Part shown: piece after piece, positions 34,919 through 49,170 of the stretch | How the letters are laid out: every line of letters begins with the position of its first letter | How positions within the stretch are numbered: position 1 is the first letter of the stretch | Source: Veleropilina oligotropha | Lineage: Eukaryota | Length of the DNA stretch: 64,000 nt | Assembly: GCA_048128005.1 (NCBI GenBank) | Contig: JBEUKZ010000084.1 | Span: 310,001 to 374,000 of the forward strand | Reading direction: 5' to 3' | Program-made: the position numbers and the translations under genes | Notes under the pieces: generated by a model | The model's database searches: none | Told to the model about the DNA's origin: nothing | Seen by the model: only the letters and a program-made list of their open reading frames with translations

Positions 34919-37900
34919 TAGACCGGGGGCAATAGGGCCAAATTTAAATTTTCGTTCACCCCGAGCCCTATAAACCTACAACCAATTTATTGTTAATATA
35001 ACCCTATGGGAATATCAGACAACCGGTAGTAGAACTGTATAGGTGTGCATCGTTGTGGCAGGTTATGAAATGTGATTGTGATTTTGGTACATTTAGTACA
35101 TTTAGCCTGTAGTCCAAATTGAATGTTATGTGCATTGTGTTAAATATAATTGTACTTATATTATTATAAGATTTCAAAATCTTTCCTTTAATGGGGGTCT
35201 TAATGAATCTACCTCAATAATCGCAACACGGTTGTCTAAGGTGGGCATTACGCCCCTCGATAGTACATTTCCAGCTGGGTAGATCTTAGTTATCTCCCTT
35301 TGATTTTGATGATTTTTGATCATGAACGAACGTTATGATGGTCAGCGTCAATTATCAAGACTGTCCCCACCTAAAATATAGTAGCCTACAGCCATCTTGT
35401 TATTGATTATTTAACATAGTCAATTTTTATATATAGGCCTAATTAATGGTGTTCTACCGCATCGTGGACCGTCATCAACAAAGCAGAGCGGTGCAATTAA
35501 AAGGCGGTGGACAAAAATACATGTACGTCCAGAATGTTATGAGCACGCAAGTCTACAATCGCTGAATGCTTGGTCCGATCATCCTATGGTTCATGTCCGT
35601 TGATTCATCATCATCTGCATCAGCCATATATAATTGGATTACGACAAGTTTGATGACAGGCACCAAGAGAGCATTCAATGTTGTTCTAGAAGCGTGTGCA
35701 GTACGATGATGTGCATCTCTGTGTATTACATCCACAGATTAACGGCTCTCTGCATAATATGGGACTGGATCGAGTGTCATGTACAAAGGCCGTAACTTGT
35801 TTGAGTCATGGACTGTCCACTTTCACTAGTCTGTTGTTAGTACTGTCCTCGATAGCTCAACTGGTAGAGCGCCGGAAAAACGATAAGTGAGACGGTAGGA
35901 TGTGGGTTCAAACCCCGCCCCGGCGTGGCTATTATGACGTTAAAAACTAATAGATGGCATATCCCTAATGTATGTCGGTCAGATCGGAGTGAGACCTTAA
36001 ACAGGCCATCTCTCTCACTCGAGACCACACGACTACCGAGGCGGCCATTGTTTGATGCTGATCCCGTTTGGGTTTGCGACATGAGTGAATGAGGTTTGGG
36101 GGGGGGGGGTGTTCTCGGTGTTGCTGGTTCCGTGAAACATCTCCTTTTTGTCCACAGTCGATATAAATGGCACTGGATTTCTAATTAAACAACATTATGA
36201 AGTGAGGTGTTTTCCGAATCACTGAAACTTTCCAAGAGTAATGGCACGGCATCGTAAGCATTTCACGTAGATTTATTCTCGTTTCCAGACTTGTAGAATC
36301 ACATCTTGTTATTGAATGGAATGGTGGCCACAATATTTTGTTGTAGATATTGGCGCACCTGGTGTGCTGTTAGGTACTTGTGCTTCTTTGAGCGTCCAGC
36401 ATCCATCCACACTAATGATGTAGTTTCATGATGAAGAGCACAACAACATCAGTGTCTTTGCTCTCTACTACATATCATATGTAGTCCTTCTGCTTAGCAT
36501 CTTTAGCATGGAGAATCAACTTTATTTCTGCTTCTTCTTGCGCATTAAATACTAGTAAGCAATCCATTGGAATTTGTCTTGACGACACAGGTTTCCGGTT
36601 CCATGCTACCTTCAGCATAAACCTTGTCCGTCTTTCGAAGGCAACAGTGTGTTGTAGCAATAGCCAGCGCAGTAGACTTCTGCTTCAGTAATGAGCTCAT
36701 TTCCAGTCGCACTTAAAAGACTTCTGGGGAGGTCAAGGTTTGATTTGATGCTCGTCGTTATCCGTCCAGTTGTTACGTGTGCATAGAAGAGTGATGCTTC
36801 TGTTCGTGATTTGTTCTTCACTACAGCATCAGGAATTGCTTACTCCTATAACATATGAGACCGGGTTGACGTGCCTTCCCAACCCTAGGAACTAGTAGGC
36901 TCTAACGTTGTTGGAGTAGGAATTGCTTCGCTGCTTGTGTGATCATAAAAAAGTCCCTTACTAACACATTCACAACAGTAACGGCTTACAAGAGGTCAGC
37001 CTTGATATCTTCATTTGCAACGTCAATTGTTGATAAATATACATATCAGGTCTAACAATTGTTTCTTGCTTGACTGACTTGAAGCTTCCATGTTCCTTCT
37101 CCATCTTCTTCTGAAGACGACAATGTCCCGCATCTTTACTGGTCTGACCAGGGGAACTCTTGGACTGTCTGGCTTGGGTACGTATTTGATCAATCATTCG
37201 TGCCATATCACTGCAGATGAGCATCCAAATATCAAGTGCTGATGTCGTTCGTGTTATACCGACTATACCACCAGATACATTGCATGACTTCGTGATCTGT
37301 TTCAATGAAAGGTCTGTGGAAAGTTTGTAGAATGCCCCACCCCCTCTTTCTCGTTGACGCTGAAGATGCCAGCTGCATACTTTGTGTAGGCGACTAGTTT
37401 GTGCGAGATCCTTCATATCGGTCAGAGAGACAACACCACAGCGTGAGTATGTTCATATATTGCCATCAGTATCAGCATCTGTTAAATTATCAATCAATCA
37501 TTATATTTTAATGCTTGCGATATGTCATCTCTCGATTTCTAATTGGAAACTGGTATAGAGAGCATTTCTATAGGTTATACTTCTTATAATTCACACATAT
37601 AGACATAAATGCATTTTAAATATAGATTTTGTGAAAAATTGTCATATTAGAGTTAAATTGATTATTTTTCAATTTTAGGCTACTAAAATAAAATTTGGCT
37701 TTAGTGTCAAGAACCGAACTACTAGGCCTATATAGTTATTGAAAATAAAGATGAAAATGTGCCAAAAAATTGTCTGAATCCCCCTCTCACCAAAGTTTAA
37801 AAATGAAATAATACCTTTGTAACTTTTATTTATCTCACAAGACTGCGAAGACATTTATAAGAATTTATGCGCTTTCGTATACAAAATGATGGTGGCTATT

Positions 37901-38420
37901 TTGGATTTCTCAAGTTTTGACACAAGATAGTGTCCACCATAGTCTTGGTCCTCCTTAAAGAGGTTCAGAGTCGGTAGTTATATATACGCGGATCCGGAAA
38001 TTAGGACGCAATTTCCGATTTGAGGATATGCGGATCTAGAGCTAGAACGCTTCTCCATACAAACTTCAAATTAGGCTCAAAATTCGCAGAGATTTATAGC
38101 TTTCACCATTCCTTGCCGCCGGGGCGAAGGTTTGCAATCTCTGATTGCCTTGTGGAATATGAATTATGTATACATACCTGGAAAAATAATTTATTTATGA
38201 TTTATATGGTAAAAATCATTTCATCACCAATGTATCAGATCTGAAGTGATATTTTTAACTGTTTATTATACAGGCATGCACACACTTACAGTTTTATTAC
38301 CGGTCATTCATGATGCACAAGATGACATTTGACAAGAATAAAATGGCTATAGGCTTATAGGACTCGGGGTGAACCAACTAAAAAAACTAGAGCCCTTATT
38401 GGGTAATGGCCCCCGGACGA
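34919..38420 (-). mobile_element. Decayed Academ (AcademX-like) DNA transposon
   Basis: Imperfect TIRs (TAGACCGGGGGC...GTTCACCCCGAG-CCCTATAAACCTACA vs reverse complement TCGTCCGGGGGC...GTTCACCCCGAGTCCCTATAAGCCTATA); CAT on both flanks; minus-strand remnants DLSLKQITKSCNVSGGIVGIT, QEEAEIKLILHA and DTDV (XPG/PIN-like nuclease motifs). Confidence 0.65.
35845..36005 (+). mobile_element. tRNA-derived SINE family B, nested in the Academ remnant
   Basis: A-box TAGCTCAACTGGTAGAGC and B-box GGTTCAAACCC; homologous to 31384-31542. Confidence 0.7.
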
Positions 38421-38799
38421 CATGTGTATATTGTATGAACATCAGTTGGTAATAACATTACACCATGAAATATCGTTCTAAAAAGTAACATACATTCAAT
38501 ATCCTGGTCTAACTTTTAGTATTAATTGGCCTCAGGGTAAAGTGTATAAATTAATGTCATTGTGTCAGTTCACCATCTCCTGATTGCTCGACCAAACTGG
38601 TCTCAAACATGCTCGATCGGATCTAATCCTGAGAATATAAACTGATCTGAGTCAGTATGTCAGTGCCAGAATATAACATTTCACAAATTTCGAAAACATA
38701 TCGCCAAAACTTAACCATGAAAACGTAGAACGTGCAAACTATTTGGAAAATAATATTATACTACTATTATTTTCTATCAACAAATTGGCTTTTCCAATT

Positions 38800-40117
38800 T
38801 TAATATACCACGACTTGGCTCTGCAACACCCAATATCACCTTTGGCAGAATTCAAACTGGAGAATCTCAAACGTAGGTTGTCTGCAGCCTAAACGTCATC
38901 CAGGGTATAGTATCTTGTCCGGTGGCACGATTTCAGCAATCTGTGTCAACCAATAACCGTTCACATTCTGATAAACCGCTGATCACCACAGCACGCCAAG
39001 ATCGCTACATACGAGTCATCCACTTACGTAATCGAACTGTTACAATCGATGGAAAGCTGTCGATCATCAAGAAATACGCATACTTTCTGCGCATGATGTA
39101 TGGAGTCGTCTGCACATATTCCTGAATGAGAGCCATGAGGCCTTTTTAGAAACTCTTTAGACGTCATCGTCATCGTGTTCGTTGATGAAATACTGTTTAT
39201 GTTTGGAATCTTATACAGTGGATGAGAATGTGGTTCATTGATGAATTTAAATTTCTACAAACATGAGATGGACAATCCATGTCTATACTTACTCATATAC
39301 AAGGCAACTCGACGGTTGTGCGTTACGAGGACGAAATTCTGCAAGAACATCTCCTTTCCGCCATTGACGTACAACTTAAAATGTGCCGACATGACAACGC
39401 CAGACCGCATTCTGCTCTTGTCACTACAGCATTTATGTTGCACAACATTGTTACAATGCCAATACCCCTATACTCGCGAGATTTACACACTACATAGAAC
39501 GTTTTTTGATGAAACCGGCCCTGTGGTTTATGTTGTGGACTCCGAAAAATCACTGGCTTCATTCCGCTGACGCGAATAGTAGTGGGTTCAAACATCGGCA
39601 GGGACAGCAGACATCACACATTTGTTCAAAGTTATGAATCACAGTTGTCCGTAACTGGTCGGAGAGGGCGGGTTCCCCGGGCGACCGGTCTGTCCTCCAG
39701 CCATTACATGGACATGTCCTGCTTTGAAACAAATGATGGTTGGAAATATATTAAGCATCGATCCATTCCTTACTCTTTTGGATGAAATCGCTCGACGTCT
39801 CCTTCAAAGTCAACCACAGCCTCAAACAGTTCAAGAGCTCGCTTGTTCACTGCAACCCAGCCACAGTAGAGAGACTATTCCCGTTATTAATGTCACGACC
39901 AGTCACGAGTGTCCGTGGTGGTCACATATAATGATATTCATAATTGACGTTGACATTCATAGGTGTCTAATGACATGATGTAGACAAACGTGTTTGTTAT
40001 CTCTATGTGAAATTCCTTGTATTAAAGCCGAGTGTTTCAAACCTAATATCGATTTGAAATAAACCAATTTCCCATTGGATTTTCCAACTATGCGTTTCTT
40101 CTTATGGAGAGTATATA
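38800..40117 (+). pseudogene. Degenerate Tc1/mariner transposase with right TIR; interrupted by a SINE at ~39512-39770
   Basis: ITTARQDRYIRVIHLRNR, IQGNSTVVRYEDEIL and HDNARPHS motifs of Tc1 DDE transposases; ends CTATGCGTTTCTTCTTATGGAGAGTATA. Confidence 0.75.
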
Positions 40118-41184
40118 ATTGACATCATTATGATTCAATCATAAATGCATTATTAACACATTACGACGGACCTTGATTAATTAGGATTTTTGAGACGTGT
40201 ATGTATATAATATATGTATACATGTTGTATTGGGAGAAACAGCTAGTGTCTGGTGGCCACCGACATTTAGGGTCCCCATCACAAATCCACAGACATAATA
40301 CATATAGTACTAGCTTAATTATTGGAATAATATTGCGAGTGACATGGTCGTGGCGATGTTGCTATCATCATCTGAAACATACCATGAAAACAGTCGATCT
40401 AAATAGGGCAATTGATTTAAATTGTAAGTGCATTTGTCCTCGGCATGGTGATCCACGGCTCTGTGTTTTATTTAACAGAAATACGATTCACAAGGGAAAA
40501 ATATTTAATTTTAATCACAAGGATAATGGCAGTCGCCTTGTTTCCATAATTGTGTGATATCTGCTCGCATATAATTATAACGGAAAATATCGCCTGATCT
40601 AATAAATAAATCTCATAAATTATATTACGTTCAAAGTAACGCGTTCCGAATCTGTAATTACGACATCGTTTTACTGTGCTTGAGCATCGCGTTACGTTTA
40701 ACCATCTTAGATGCATGATGCTGACAATGTGCCCGCATGTGGTCGTGTGACGTAACACTTGATTACGACATTCACATCCCCAATAGGATAAATCTATTGA
40801 TATTTCAATCATAATGGTCGCTCTGGCGCGTGCAAGGTCCTGCAATTAATACAATATCAGTTGTATTGGATTAAATTCATAGCTCAACTAGCGAATCGAT
40901 TAAATTATATCGGAGCTAAATGTATGATGGTTAGTGATTTATTAGCTAAACAGCATGGCATTGTAGTTGGTGTCTGGCCTAGAAACGAGATCCGCGTTGG
41001 CTCTTTGTCTCACGATTCCCACGAGAGACATAAATAAACTAATGAAAGTATCCTAATTATATCGCCCCGTCCATATGTCACCATGGCATGCACACCGGTG
41101 CATTGCTGCTGCTATTATTCCGTTGTTCATTTACCTGTCACCAGGTGTTTTATCAATCATGATATCATTTGCAATCGAGCCAAG

Positions 41185-41888
41185 CTTTGGTGCCCGCAAT
41201 CTTGGTGTTATCAGTCTTGGTGTTATCAGTCTGGAGAACCATGTTAGCAATATTTTTAAAAATGCCTATTTCCAAATTAGGAATATCAAAGAAATTGCAA
41301 AATATGTTGACAATACATCAATACAGTGCCTTGTGCATGCATTCGTAACATCACGCCTAGACTACTGCAACAGTCTCATATACGGAATCCAAAACAACCA
41401 CCTGGATAAACACTGCTGCAAAACTGATTACGCGCACTCCAAGCATGAGCATATCACGCCAAGCCTCGAGAGGTTACATTGGCTTCCTGCCAGACAACGA
41501 ATAGTCTTCCAAATGCTAACATTCGTGTACAAGGCAATCCACCACCAGGCACCTGTGTATCTCCAAGAACTAACTGTGCTTTACCATCCTGTCCGCCCAT
41601 TACGATCTGCCGGTCGACTACAGCTTGCAGTCCCATCAACAAAGAAAAAGATGTACTGCAACCGAAGTTTTCAAAAGGCCGGCGCTGTCCTGTGGAATGG
41701 CTTGCCATTGGCGACGCGAAACTGTCCAGACCTCGCCACCTTCAAAACCAACCTGAAGACTACACTATTCAGCAGAGCATATACCTGACGTCATTCAACT
41801 GAGCATGTACCTGCAGCGCTTTTGAGCAGCAACTTGAACGCTGGATAAATAGCGCTTTATAAATACATAATTTATTTATTATTATTTG
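41185..41888 (+). pseudogene. 5'-truncated L2/Crack-type LINE ORF2 fragment with 3' tail
   Basis: ARNLGVI, LVHAFVTSRLDYCNSL, HITPSLERLHWLP, LWNGLP and FKTNLKTTLF motifs, followed by an AGCGCT...ATAAAT...(TTA)n tail. Confidence 0.85.
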
Positions 41889-44808
41889 CAGGATATGTTA
41901 TAAGACTCTTTGGCCTCACCGGTACCAGTAGTCGTGTTGTAAAGAGTGCCGACTCTGAAATCACTGACTCGGTTGCGCTAGCTAACTAACAACAGTGGAT
42001 TCCATAACCTAAATTTGTCTAAAAAATATGACAGATCCGTCTAAAGCTCATTGGGTTGGTTCGAAATCTCCAAATCCGTTCAAAGATGGATCAAACATCA
42101 CAGATCCACATGATTCCCAATAGGTTCTACATATGGCAAGGTCCTAAGAAGACCCAAACGGACCAACCCTCTACACAGACTGCATGTATGGTGCCATGGT
42201 GTTCTGGTTTATGTGATTACAATTATAGCAAGCATATTTTGCAGGTGATACGTAACCATAATATTAATCTAAACTTCAAATCTGCGTCAATAGTTGGCTA
42301 TTTGCAGGTTTAATAAAATGTACATTGATATACTAATAGTGTAATCGCAGTATTGTGTAATGTTTTGATCAGATTAACAAGTATCACACTTTTCGGTCAT
42401 GTCGGATATATTTTCTGAGCGCTCAGAACATCAAAGTAATATGGACAAATGTCCCTCCAGTTGAAACAATGCAGCGTCGTCTCAGCTTTATTGTTATAGA
42501 AACGGCTTAATTAATATCCACTCATTCGTGATGAGTCATATGGAACCCGGCGAAAACAATGGCCTCCACGCAATATGTCCATGCTATTAAGTTTATGACA
42601 GCATACAGTAAACTGCATGCGATCGTGCTATATGTGGCGGCATATAGCTAAGGCCATGTTTGATCTGAAACTGTATTATTGTAAGCGATTTTGCATACAA
42701 CCAGTTACGACCACGTATAAAACAATGCAAGGTATTAGACGTCAAAGGTGTCAGAACGGTAGCATGGCCCTCGATAAACGAAAGTACCAGGTTTTAATAT
42801 GATGTTTACTTTGTTAACATGACCATCTCACCTTTAAATTACTGCATTCTTGCCAATTGGCGAAGGCAAAGATAATCCTTCATGCGGTTATTATAATTTT
42901 TATCAATGCAAAGGTGTTATTTTTTCATGTAATATTCGTTACATCTAGGTCATATTTTCAGATAATTGACGACAATTTGACGAACGCTGGTGACATTTGA
43001 AGAACATGTGAAAACACAGAGTAAACTTTGTTCTTTATTGTTGAATGTCAATACCCGAAACCACGGTAGTTATATATAATTTGGTGAATAAATCTGAATA
43101 AATTTTCTGTTGTTGTCTAAAAATAAAACAAATGGCGTGTATGATGTGGCCATTCAAGATACATTTCACTAATGAATAGTCACTCGAGTTTCAGCGATTA
43201 TCACATAATCAGACGGGGATTGTGATAAATGACTTGACACATTTTCATGAATAAATCGAGTCCGGCAACGAAATTGATTGATAAACCCATGGCACACCCG
43301 GGAACCAACACTCCGAAGGCTTTGCAACCGGCGTCCTATCCACCCCCTCAACCAAAATGGATAACATGAAGCAACATTACTGGTTTGGTTCAAAGCCCCT
43401 TTTCCCATTTAATACCACCCAGTGTCACACATGCAGGAAATCCCCCCATCATCGACCAATTATGGATCTCTATGACTGTTTACTGGGCAAAGAATTGCGC
43501 CAAGGATTCGACCCAACTCAGCGAAGTTATTGCAATCATTACAGGTGAAGTTAGAGCTGCAATTTATATTTAAATAAATATAAATATAATTTGCTTGTAT
43601 TTATAAAGGATTTGGATACTCGCGGTGCATTATTACTGCTACTCGTATAAAACCATTTTAGTTGTTTGGTCATCTATCGCTTATAGTGCTCAACTGCGCG
43701 ATTTTTAAATTGGTTTACATTTACTATGCTGTAGTATAGGCTTACTAGATACACGTATTCCATACACTTATAACACCCGATTTGAGAAATGTGTTTTATA
43801 GCGTCTATAGTCGTGATCTTTTGTTGAAAATCTTATATTTATGCCACCTGGTATACCTTTAGTTTTTATGTAATGTGCTCTTAGTCTATTCCCATAATTA
43901 TGTCAATTATCTCAAATTTGATTATAAATTTTCTCGGTCTTCTTTGCACTAATTCTATAATTTGGATATTATTTGCAAGATATGGACCTCATGGTTGCAC
44001 TACACATTCTAAATGTGGTTTAACCATTTGCTTTTATATGCATGTTATGATGGCTTTGGATTTAAAATGACTTATCATTCACAATATTCGCTCTGAACTA
44101 TTTTGTGACATCAGCTTGACCCAATCTCGAAAAGCACGGCGTAGCTGATCGAATACAACCGGTCGGTAGGCTATGTACCGATCATTATTTGAATGAAATG
44201 TTACTGTTCCGACCAACAGTTAGAATCACGATCGTAATATTTTGAGATGCCACACACTACCACATCAGTCGGTTATATGCACTAGCGTTGGTGATAAGTG
44301 ACTTCGCTTTAATAGACGATTTCATGAAACTTCGAAATTAAAGAGAGAGAGTTATTAACCAGTTATTAACAAGACACCATTGAGAAATTGTTAAAATGTG
44401 CATCGAAAAAATTATTCAAATCAAATCAATTCTGTACCACAGTTGACTTTCAAATTGGTGTTTTGACCATTGGATCACAGTGTTTGTGTATGAAGTGTTT
44501 TCAATATTTTGGTTCTAGTGTTTTCAATATTTTGGTTCTACCCCGTCTACGGACTCAATCCGGGTCATGAAGTGCTGATTATGTGCGGAAGAGTACGCAG
44601 TATATAACGTCAATATTTTATTTAAAAAATTTCGAGACGTTCCCATTTGGCCTGATAAGGGGGAATATCGTATTCCAAACATTATTTTACAAAACGTAAA
44701 GGCGCTTGTGATACCGGGTACTGTAACCGCACCGAAAACCATCTATAAAACAAACTACTTGTGTTTATGGATAGCTTGCTATATATGCGGTTACAAAATC
44801 ACAAACAC

Positions 44809-44927
44809 TTTTTAGTTGAGCCGTTTACGGAGAAACTATTGTATTGAGGCTGTCTGTCTGTGTGGTGGTGTATGTCCACGATGAATTTATTATGGCTCAA
44901 CTATGCTTCCTGTCGGATGCGCTTGTT
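44809..44927 (+). mobile_element. ~120-bp dispersed HINE/MITE-like element (copy 4)
   Basis: Matches 6197-6317. Confidence 0.7.
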
Positions 44928-45779
44928 ATGTTTTGTAAAATTAAGCACATTTTGTGAGCAGGAAGTGGAGGCGTTCCAGGAACTGTTCAACAATTATGCA
45001 CGTATGACGTATAGGTGGCTACACATTTTATATTGGTAATTACGTGATTGAAAATTAATTAATTAATAGATTTATACAACAAGTCTTTAGTCTCACTAAA
45101 CAGGAAACCGAAAGTCGTTATTGCTATCTGTACTTGTTATGCTAACATGGTCCCACATGTATATAATAATATATATAGCCACATCGACATGTACGGCTTG
45201 TTCCCATTTGGAGCCTCTGCCTATTGTGACAAAACATTTAGTAATAACACAAGAGGTAAGTACAAAATCATATATCAACGGTGAAAGGTGACTCCCATAT
45301 ATGACGTAGCCTACATGCATAATACTAGTAATACAAACAGCAGATGCCACAGCCACGTGTTATACTTACATGCATATAATAGTCGCTCTACCTCCGCGAA
45401 CGGGCCCACGCTATTATGCATATAAAGAACTGGTGTATTTATTTTGCATTTTTGGAATTACATATAGACCCTACATGTACTTTATTTATGTATTAGAGAA
45501 TTAGAGACTAGTCATTTATTATAGGGGGGTGGGGGGTGGGGGGGGGGGTGTAAATGGTCTACTGATTGTGTCAAAAAATGATGACCCTTCCCCGGACCGT
45601 GTGTCTTTTATTCATGACCCACCCCCGGACCGTGAGTCCTTTTTTCATGACCCACCTCCGGGGGAGGGGTATGTGGATTTTGAAGTTTGAACCGGAGTCC
45701 AACTTTTACAATATGTTCTTAACTGTCCGTACAGCACGAAACTGTGTGAAACTGTCCAGCATATTGAGGGAGATGAATA

Positions 45780-46330
45780 GAAATGTATTTGTACAAATTT
45801 AATAAACTCTTAAACAAAAAATACATCATTTTAAGCTGGATACCAAGCCATATTGGCTTCGAAGGCAATGAGAAGGATGGCAAAGGAGCAAAGTCAGCTT
45901 TACAAATTAACCAACATATAAATTTCAAAATTCCGTATTCCGATTTTAAGTACCATATAAATAAATATATTCAAACTACATGGCAATGTTGTTGGGATGA
46001 TCGCACGGTGAATAAACTGCAGAATGTCCAGGATCTTCTTGATGCGTGGTACCCATCTTACAGGTCTCTGCACCGTGAACAGGTCGTCTTGGTCAGACCG
46101 AGAATTGGACATTCTCACAACACTCACTCCTATACTTGCTTAAATGGGAGCCTAACCCGAGTGTATTCCTTGGGCTACTGGTCTAACATTAAACATATTT
46201 ATTGGACTCTGTTGATTTAGACCCAATACGCCATAAATATTTTACGGCATTCTCACTTCAAGAACAATTTAGCGATATTAAAATTGATGTCATTTTTGCT
46301 TTTTTAAAGGAAGCTAATATAACCCTTTTA
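45780..46330 (+). pseudogene. I/Nimb-group LINE RNase H and C-terminal fragment
   Basis: WIPSHIGFEGNEKDG, IPYSDFK, WQCCWD, NKL and RIGHS motifs; frameshifted. Confidence 0.75.
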
Positions 46331-48729
46331 CTTTTTATACAGATCTGCTGGCGAAATATTTTTATACTATTTCTAATATAACCTACCTATTAATTTTAAC
46401 CTTTCAATTCGCTTGACCCCATTATAACTGAAATATTGTTGGTGTGGTCGCTATGCACACTAATTCAATCCAACATTTATGAACCATTATCATCAAGCGC
46501 CCCTAAAGCCTGTATCATTATGAAAAGGGGTAGGATCCAGCTGTTACAATTTGTTATGAACTGTCTGTGTGGGTCCCCTCCCTCCCCGAGACAAACTTCT
46601 GTATTGTGCGTATAGGCATTTATAGTGTCGTCAGCTTGAACAAGTACAAGGTCGTTTGGAAAGTAATCCTTAGAGTTATTAACGATATATTGATTTGACA
46701 CTTCAAAGTAAAAAAATGGAAATTCTTTATATTTAGTTTATGTCTAATCCATAACAATATGTCGTAGTGATGATTATCGCTTAATCATTGCCTCATTAGT
46801 AGTCTTCAATTTCGTGTATGGCCCATAGGTGTCAGATGTGTTCTATTTATAGCAGGCCTCGACCGGTGAACTCAGGGGGTGTTGGGGTAAGTTGTAACAG
46901 CTGTTACACAACCCACCCCATAATTAATTATCACAAATTTGAAATATTTTATAATGGAATTAATTAATGTAATTGCGGAATGTATTAGTAATATTAAAAT
47001 ATATATAAATAGATATATAAATATACACACAAGAGACAGAGGCTCTCATTGAGCACAATGAAACCGATATATATCTAACAAACAGCGTCTGTCATTCGTC
47101 TGGAAGAACCCCCCCCCCCCCCCTCCATTGACGATGTTCGTCCTGTCCAAGCGAATACTAGTATATGTAATAGACCATGAGGTAACTGAATCTTCAGTGA
47201 TTAGATTATGTAATAGATAATACACAGCGACCTGGGCATTAGCGACATGACAAGCCGAGCATTAGCGAGGGGTGTTACATTATGTGTATATCTCGCGCGG
47301 AAGGGGGTGGGGGCTAGTGTATTATCGGTTATGTCAGAACCCTCACTATACTAGCCCGACCCCTGATTGACAAGGTAAAATTCAAGGTGTAGCCCCTTTA
47401 AAGCACATGGAATAGTCTATAGCATTATCATGGACGCGTTATGAAACGTGGACTCGTTCATGCAATTTTATAAGCATCTGCCATGGAGCTGTCAATTTTC
47501 TTTGTTCTCAAGAGCTGTAAACGGAGGTCCTAGTTATTCCCATTATTTGTGCTATTACTTGGAACAATGGAGAGACAATGTATCTAACCCCCAAATGACT
47601 CTGTAGTTATCAATGTTCATGGTGTATATCACCACCATTGACCTATATATCCGACACTGACCATGGCACTCTGCTCGCATAGTCATAGTCTAGTCATAGT
47701 CTATTGACTGGGGTCGTCGTTTCGTATCTCTTTGCCTGGAGAGTGTGACCATGGTGCACGTGAACACCAAGTAAATGCGTCTGTGACTAACGACCGCATG
47801 TGTGACATTTCCGATTGAAATAATGGCACATATTTGATCATAAACCATTTGAATATTTTATTGAAACTTTCATTTTATATTTTGCTAATGAACTTCAAAT
47901 GCTTGCTGATTATAGTTATGCATTCATATGTTTTTATGTATATATTTAGCACATGTTACAATTTGCCTCAATGCTTGTTACAACTGACCCAGGTGCGGGG
48001 TCAAATATAAAAAAAATTTGATCATGTTTGATGACGTAATACATTGACATAATGTTGTATATGTGCATACTTGTATTTTTAAATATAAAGCACACATATC
48101 AAGCTACATTATGGTCAACAGTTCATTAGTTCTGCCAAATAAACAAAATAGATATGGTACAAAATGCAACTGTCCCCGGTTTCACCTACTCCTTCGTCCT
48201 TTTAGATTTATTTTGTTATAATTATTTCGTTTTAACGAAATCTTATTTCAATAAAAAAAGAGTTTCATGTCACCTCCCGGGCTCCGTGTGTTCATAATGG
48301 GAAAATTAAAAAAAATAATTAAAGGGTAAAGTTTATAACATAATATTTTGTCTCGATTTATGATTGTTATAACACTACATATAGGTGTATATGACATATT
48401 TTTCCAAAAATAGGCTCCAATTTAGTGTTCTGATGCATATTATTTTACAAAGCGCCTTAATTAATAACTGGACAATATATCAATATGGACTCGACAAGAT
48501 CGTATAAAGTTGGCCTAATTAGTTTTAATTGTGTATAGAATTGTGTGAAACAGTCCGGTTAAGCATTTATATTCAATCGTACGATAAAGTGATTACTTCC
48601 GAATTAAATAAATTATGAAACAGAAAGCACAACTTCAAGTAAAATACCGTTTTAATGAAAGCGATGTCTTCTTTTTGCGACTGGACCATTTCCGTACTTC
48701 AGCAGTCAATGCGAAAACGTTACTTACAA

Positions 48730-48765
48730 GCATCCAATCAGAACGGCCCAATCGTCACGTGGTTT
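48730..48765 (+). promoter_or_regulatory. Candidate MTSS promoter: tandem CCAAT boxes plus E-box
   Basis: CCAAT at 48734 and 48748 and CACGTG at 48756, in a CpG-enriched stretch about 340 bp upstream of the ATG. Confidence 0.5.
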
Positions 48766-49098
48766 GTTATATGGCACCCTGTTTTGACTATTCACGTTTG
48801 CGATTGTCGTAGGATGAATATCGCGATTGTGCAGCGATTTTCGGAAATTTAACAAGCATGGATTACATAAAACGGGTAGCATCGCGTGGTTACGGGGGTT
48901 CTTGGACTATCTATTGATAGCATTTCGACGTAAAGAGGATATTATCGCAAGTTTCTCCCATCATCCAGCGGAAGTCGTGCTGGCTGGATAAAACATCGCG
49001 GAGCGTGAGCACTCAGCAATATCCGGGATTTTAACAGGATTTCGCCACATAATTCCTTCATTTTTTAGATAATCGACACCGAAAATACTTTGGCGATA

Positions 49099-49170
49099 AT
49101 GGATACCAATATAGAGAAGGATTGTGGGGCTTTAGGGGGACTCTTCCAGACGATTATAAGCGACATGCGG
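49099..49170 (+). CDS. MTSS1: First coding exon of MTSS1/MIM-family I-BAR (IMD) protein
   Basis: MDTNIEKDCGALGGLFQTIISDMR followed by a GTAAGT donor (phase 0); nearly identical to the recalled human MTSS1 start MEAVIEKECSALGGLFQTIISDMK. Exon 2 was not found in the window. Confidence 0.92.

Noticed and set aside
35845..35930. tRNA gene
   Set aside because: It is a tRNA-like SINE head followed by a shared non-tRNA body, with a second copy at 31384-31542.
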